DNA of 64,000 nt, taken from the NCBI GenBank assembly GCA_951406725.2, contig OX597814.1, positions 17,918,001-17,982,000 of the forward strand, written 5' to 3'. The notes beneath the pieces are model-generated. The model was not told the DNA's origin, did not search any database, and saw only the letters and a list, made by a program, of their open reading frames with translations. Position 1 is the first letter of the stretch. Every line of letters starts with the position of its first letter. This document shows, in pieces, positions 56,745 through 64,000 of this stretch. Source of the stretch: Octopus vulgaris (taxonomy: Eukaryota). The translations under genes and the position numbers were made by a program.

Positions 56745-57185
56745 AGGGGCCATGTGCTGTTTGTAAACGTCTGGTTGGTACTTGACTTCAAATATATTTG
56801 TGCTGATGGTGAGGCCGAAATCATCGTGGAGCAAGAGGACTTGTTTTTGTATTGCAACATCTACACAATATACTTCGTCACCTTGGTTTTGGCCTCGAGT
56901 TCTCTCAGATTTATGAATACACTAAAGTGCCCAAGCTATCCCCTCTGCTTTGGAAAACACCAGACATTCCGGTTAAAAGCATCGTGGTATAAAGTATAGG
57001 TGCCAGTACACAACCATGTTTAACACCGTTTGGGAATTAGAACACTGGTGTCGATTCTCCATCATCAAGTACTCTGAGAACTATCCCTCATGGAATTACC
57101 ATACTGAAGGAAATATACTGACAGGTCATTCTTCTTCCACCATGGCTTTCTAGAGCCATTCAAAGTGTCACAGGGTTAATGTTGA
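56745..57185 (-). mobile_element. Degenerate RTE-clade (BovB-like) LINE reverse transcriptase fragment
   Basis: Minus-strand remnants FHEGIVLRVLDDGESTPVF*FPNGVKHGCVLAPILY..., FINLRELEAKTKV and DFGLTISTNIFEVKYQP match RTE RT motifs GVKQGCVLAP, LFNLRRLxAKTKV and FGLTISxKKTEVMYQP. Stops and frameshifts present. Confidence 0.8.
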
Positions 57186-59936
57186 CTGATGAATGCTTAG
57201 AGATCACGGTACTACTCAAGTTAATGTTGGGCAATAATTATATTGATCGTACAGTTATACTCTCTACACCATATTGTTTCTTAGATAACTTACCTTGTTA
57301 ATCGTGGAAAATTCATGTGGCTCAGTATTACGAGAGTAGTTTGTTGTCTCACATACACATATGCAATGTTATTACAAACACAAAAACCACCAACCATTCC
57401 TCCGAGTATCTCGATTACTATCATCAGACAATTATAGAAAAAGGAATACGAGAAATGTGTGTTTATATATGTATATGTGTGTGTGTGTGTGCGTGTGTGT
57501 GTTTGTGTGTATGTGTCTGTGTCTGTGTGTGTGTGTGAAAATATAAAATATGATTCGATAAGATAAAAACACGAAAGTTGGAACGAATGGATCTTATTGA
57601 TTGATCATATTGATATTGGAAACAGTAACCAAAATAAAAATATATAAAATTGAAGGGAGTTATATGCATGGAGGTTGGCATATATTTATAGAAGAAGGGA
57701 AGCAGGAAATAAAGATGAAAGAGAAAGAGAGAGGAATAGGGTCTGAGAAGCTGAGAAGGAAGGGTAACTAAGAAAAAGAACGAAAGAGAAGGAATCGGAC
57801 CGGTATAAAGAACAAATAAATCTTAATAGAGAATAATAGAAAAAATGAAACTCAATAGGGGAGTTGGGGGGGGAAATGACGAAAACATAATATATAAATA
57901 TAAGATTTTGGAAAAAGAGGAGTAAAATTCTAAAAGACAGAAAAAATATATAATAAAGTTTAGATTAAATTTATAATCATAAGATTAGTAGACGCAAAAT
58001 AAAATATATCTGAAAGAAATTTTACCAATAGAAATATAAATAATATACAAACCTCCACCAAAAGCTTGAGTGCTGAATGGCAATAAATATATAAGGGTGT
58101 AACATACAGAGAGAAAGATACAAATTTAAAACTCTTCCGCATATTGAGGTTACAGCAGTTCAAAATGGCAGCACAACATTCTAATATATTAGGAGAAGTT
58201 CAAAGATATTAACTATCAGAAAATAAAAAGGTAACACGTCAATGATTCAGAAATATCCCTTCAATAATTTTGAGATTCATATTTTTCAACTATTTCGAGT
58301 CAGTCTTGAAATTGTTAAAAACATTTATGATTAAAAATACTAAATACGATGCAAACTTAAATAAATGTATCATTACGATCTGCCCTTCTGTAGGGTACCC
58401 CAATAGATAAAGCCAGTCAGCATTCCAGCAAGAACCAAATGAACTTGAATAGCTTTACCAAGAACTTTTTTTCTGGATGTTGAAATGAATAAGCATGTTG
58501 CTTAAAATGTACCTTCAGTTTAATTTCCTTTAACACTGCACAATAAGCCAATTCTTCCACAAATCAATCATGACACACAAAAAATCATGCTAGGATTGAT
58601 GAAATTACAGGTAAGAAGAGAAGTGATATCAATAGCACAGGAAAATTTGTTTGAATTATAATGTTTAATACAAACGAGAATGCCTTAGTTTCGGGTAACA
58701 CGAATACGCTATTCATTAGACAGGTTTATAATAGGCCTCATAAAATTGCTTACTGAAATAGGTTTAAGAATAATCGACGATAATCTTATGCAGCTAATTC
58801 TTTGGATATCTATTTAAACTTAGATACTAATAAATTTTTCTTTACAAAAAACCCCACGGGAAACTATTTGTTATTTATAAAAGTACAAATTATCCGACTA
58901 ATATTCTATGAATCTCAATTCCGAATATAAGTTTCCATATATAAAATAAGTGTATCACATTATTGTCCTCGTTAATATAACGAGGCCCCGAGCAATATAT
59001 ATATATATGTTATATATATATATATTACCAGGCCGAACACATTGACGCGGAAGAATATATTTAGAAACATTTTGTGGTTTGATCCAAGCTGCAGTTTTAA
59101 AGTAAGGACAAAATATTCAGAGAATTCTTTAATTTCTTTTCAATTATCCATGAATCATAGCAAATATAAAATTTTTGACAGAAGCGTAATTAAAGTCAGA
59201 TAGTCATGCTGTAAGAATTTCAATAGCGTTTTTGATCATTCTAATTCTGGAAACTCTACAAAAGTAACACTATTACCTCACTTTCATTTTATGATATTTG
59301 CATTGATCTTATTAATTGTTCCCGAAAATACCAAGAAAAATAGCCCTTAGCAGGTTTAGTCAAGTTCGCATACCTTTTGGACAAATCCAATGCGGATGAC
59401 TTCAAAATATATTAGAATATCTTAAAGCAGTTTAATTTGTATCAGTGCTAATATTTCGTTCGAGGGTATGTGTGGTGTAATGTAGGTTTAATCGAAACGA
59501 TTGTTCTTTTAGTTTCAAGTGCTAAACACAATAAATGAATGAATGACGAGTGTTTCTAAATTCCTGTATAGAAGCATCTAAATATTTACTTATAGCATTC
59601 TGTCTTCTAATAATTATTTTCATTGACTTTCAATTTGGGTTGCTGCACCACCATTTCTCACATAACCCTTGTACCCTCCCTTGTGTATCAACGATTAAAA
59701 AATTATTAACTTTACGTCTGTAAAACGAAGGAGTGAGGTGGTCTAGCCACATCACTCCTTCACTCTTCACTCTTTGCAGTATAAATTTCTCGCCAAAGAT
59801 ATACCTTCCTGTCACACAAACTAATCAACTTCTCAAATACCATTGGAAATCAGGTTTCATTAATATTTCTCTGTTTAGTTTTGCCATAGATGTTTCCTGA
59901 CTTACATATATTATCTATATAGCTTATAATGCCTTC

Positions 59937-60033
<97 letters not shown>

Positions 60034-60188
60034 CATCTATCTATCTGTCTGTCTGTCTGTCTATCTGTCTGTCAGTCTTTCTCCTTCTCTCTCTTTTTCT
60101 CTGTCTCTTTCTCTCCCTCCCCCTCTCTTTCTGTATATATACGGGACTAGTCGAGAGTTCCATACAATGTTGAAAATGATATACTTAC

Positions 60189-60253
<65 letters not shown>

Positions 60254-60779
60254 CATACATATATATATATATATATACATGCATTTATGTATATATATGT
60301 GCTTATGCATGTATGCATCTTTGAACACACTAGTAGATACATAATTACACGAGTGAAATTAAAAAGTATTTTGAATGTGCGGCACACTACGTATTTTGTA
60401 GGGTTTTGATGGAGAAGCAGTAAATGATATAAAATTATGTTCTCAATGACCAGAAGAGCTAATCAGATATATAAATCATGTTTTCATTATGATTATTGAT
60501 TATTGAATAAAGAAATTAAAATTTTAATGAAAAGTTATTGGTTATTGGTAAAAGCTTTAAATAATATATTTCCCGAGAATCTTTCGTCAAATTCACACGT
60601 TCACTTATATTCACATATATAAGAACCGGATTTCTATAGATATATGAATAATTGAAATTGCATATTGCATGTATATAGCAATAGTATATGGTTACAATAC
60701 TAACACCACTATCACACAGCAGACATACACACACTCATGAACTCTATGCATATATTATATATGTGTGTATGTATTATAT

Positions 60780-60817
<38 letters not shown>

Positions 60818-61557
60818 CAGAGTTTAGTTTCACTTGAAGTGTATTTTAAGAAAGACAATATATATAAGTGCACACGTCTGTGTAATTTCGCTGTAATTTA
60901 TACACGCATACAGAGATATGTTCACGCACATATACACACAAACATACACATAAATCTTTATATGCATACATGTGTGTGATTGTAAATGCGTGAGTTGCAT
61001 GTATCTATGCAGAATGAATCAAAACTATTATTCTGTAAAATATAACAATATATATATATATAACAAAACATGAGATATTGTCTCTAAGATATTTTAGTGA
61101 GACAATCTTACGTACGTTTCATTAATATAAGGTGAGTGTTAGTTACCTAATACAACGTTATAAAGACTAATTGTCAAATCGCCAGAAACCTGTAAATTTT
61201 ATGCAAAATTTTATCGGATGGAAAATGATATTCACAGAATCAACCACAATGTTAATAAAATATTCGTAATATGGTATTATTAGCTAATTTATAAAGAACG
61301 CCCGATTTCTTTTATAAATTTATACTATGCAAATTAGCTGCTCCAGCTGGTTCCCTGGGGTAAGATGAATTGATTTTTGCATAAACAGATTGGCTACTTA
61401 TTTCTGTAGGAGTGATCAGGTAGAGGAGATACCTTTGATGACGTCTCAATATAGGTTGAAAATCAATTAAGGCCGTTTATAATTTTTTTCAATATACAGA
61501 GGAAGCGCTAAACCACATGTCTGTATATCTGCCTGCGTAGCTTTACATCTATCTGTA

Positions 61558-62045
61558 TCAGCTACTGGGAAAGGCTGAAATAATTAAAACTCTACTCCGT
61601 AGAACGAAGGCTGGAAGGATATGCAGTGATAAACATCTGGAAAAATCTGGAAGGAATTGTACCAACCTTTGGCATTGAAAGTTACACAAACAGCAGAACG
61701 GGCGCCTCTTCATAGTGCAAAAGATCCTATCATTGTCATCAAAATACAGAGCAAACAAGATGTTGCAACAACTTGGATTTTTCAGGAGTCCAAAGCACTT
61801 CAACATCGTTCCAAAATGCCTGAAAGACCTGTATGGTGTGGTTGTAGTTTGTTTTAAAAACAAAACTGGATATCCTCCTGTTAATGGTTCCAGATGAGCC
61901 CACCTCACGGCAAAAACACAGATATCAAACTCCTTCGTTTACCAAGTACCACATATCAGAGCCGATTTCAAATAATGAAGGTGTAGCACAGCCAACGGTG
62001 GTGCCCCAGCCTGACCGCAGTTTTAAAGCTGAAACAAGTTAACAA
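61558..62045 (+). mobile_element. Degenerate CR1/L2-group LINE 3' end (ORF2 C-terminus + tail)
   Basis: SYWERLK*LKLYSVERRLEGYAVINIWKNLEGIVP ... FNIVPKCLKDL...FKNK(L)D...VPDEP resembles CR1/L2-group ORF2 ends. The tail ggtgccccagcctgaccgcag...ctgaaacaagt matches SINE-A. Confidence 0.75.
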
Positions 62046-62117
62046 GTTATACATACATACATACATACATACATACATACATACATACATACATACATGC
62101 ATACATACATACATATA

Positions 62118-62415
<298 letters not shown>

Positions 62416-64000
62416 TTAGAAATTGCAAGAAACCAGTAACATTATTTTCTTTCTTAATGGCTTTCTTCAGCTTTTTTCTTATATTTTCTCCCACACACTT
62501 ATTGTCGTTATAATTTCTTTCTCTTTACAAACTTTTGTTTCTTTCCTTCCCTCGCTTTCTTTCCTACCTTCGTTTAGTTCTCAACTCTTTTTCAAAAACC
62601 TCTGATTGTCAGACTATAAATATATTTTAAGCAATCAACCATCAAATGCAGGTGCTCACTTATAAGACAACTAAAATAATGCTCCACTTCCTTTATTTAT
62701 AATTGTTTGCATTTTTCGTCCTTTGTTGTTACTTTTGTTGTTGTTGTTGTTGTTGTTGCTGTTGTTATTGTTGTTGTTGAACAAAGTGAATTTCTTAGGT
62801 TAAATAAGGAACACGAACGCATATGGACGGACACACACACACACATACACACGTGCGCGCATAATCTCTCTATATATAATTCTTTGTCTGCCTGTTTCCT
62901 ATGCATTTTCAAACGGCTCGACCAAATCAAATCAAATTTTACAAAGTAATAGTATTAAACCCTGCGAGTGTCAGTCAACATGTAATTGTTTTATTCCATT
63001 TGCATTAAAACAATATAACATTCGTTATACTCTTTCTATATTCAACTGTAGTACAAGACATTTTATACGACGCCGACGACGTCACGTTTTGTATATGAGT
63101 GTATATGTGTATTTGTGACTGTATGTGCATGAGTGTATGAATATGCATATGTTTGTGAGTGTGTGTGTGTCTTTCCGCGTTAGGTACATTGTTAAACATA
63201 TACACATATCTACACATGCATATATGTAAGTGACGACTGACATGCGTGAATGTATGTCTGTGTGTCTGTCTTAGTATATGTATGTGTCTGTATGTGAGAG
63301 TGTATGTGTGTGTATATGTGATAATTATTATTTTCATTTGGATTAAAAACACATCTACATATACATATACATTTGTGACGACTGACAAAAACAATGAGAT
63401 GAAAAGCTATGTATGTCTATGTGTCGGTCTTTCTATATGTATGTGTGTGGCGTTACGCTTTGTATATCAATGTATATGTGTATGTGTGAGTGTGTGTGTG
63501 TGTGTGTTTGCAAGTTTATGTTGTTTAGGAATCTCGCCCCACTTCGCCTGTGTCATGGAACTTGCTTAACAGTTACTTCCATGAAGCCTCATGTCCTACA
63601 GGCAACACTCATAACAGGTAGTCACAAAGGAGAAAATGTCTTTGTTCCAATAATTTCACTCATACATACAGATATTCCATTTGAATTGAAGAGGCTTCAC
63701 TTTTCAGTCAAACTAAGTTTAGCTATTTCAATCAACAAATCTCAGGAGTAATCCCACAAGGTAGTTGGACTTGATCTCTTTACTGCATGCTTTTCCCACG
63801 GCCAACTCTATGTTACTTGCTTACTAGGTGGACGTAGCAACAATTAATTCATTTGGGCACCAACATTAAATTACACAATGTATATTGTTTACTCTGAGGT
63901 GCTTCAAGGTTGACAGATTTTCAGTTATAAACTCTATTAGCATCACAATTTAGATTTTTATGTTAAATTATAGATATTTAAAAATAATTATGAGAAAAAA

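Overview
AT-rich, extremely microsatellite-dense animal genomic DNA. The SINE repertoire and repeat landscape look like an octopus/coleoid cephalopod (inference, not database-checked). The only host coding sequence I can support is two plus-strand exons of a LIM-homeobox Lhx1/5 (Lim1) gene: 23417-23597 (homeodomain helix 3 plus the conserved RHFFR motif) and 52918-53067 (or read-through to a stop at 53108). They are joined in frame across a 29.3 kb intron. The upstream homeobox exon is not visible, so essentially the whole window is intronic. The introns are filled with tRNA-derived SINEs (four families) and fragments of Tx1/L1, R4/Dong, RTE and CR1/L2-like LINEs, plus a non-autonomous Helitron. 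The most interesting structure is that the mobile elements partition by microsatellite. A young Tx1-like LINE occurs three times, always inside (TATC)n in the same orientation. An R4/Dong fragment and a ~550 bp non-coding element sit in (TAA)n. Three divergent ~200 bp elements in (TA)n each carry a minimal hammerhead-ribozyme fold with a compensatory stem-I change. Two SINE families share 3' tails with LINEs present in the same window. Almost all ORFs in the supplied track are microsatellite artefacts.
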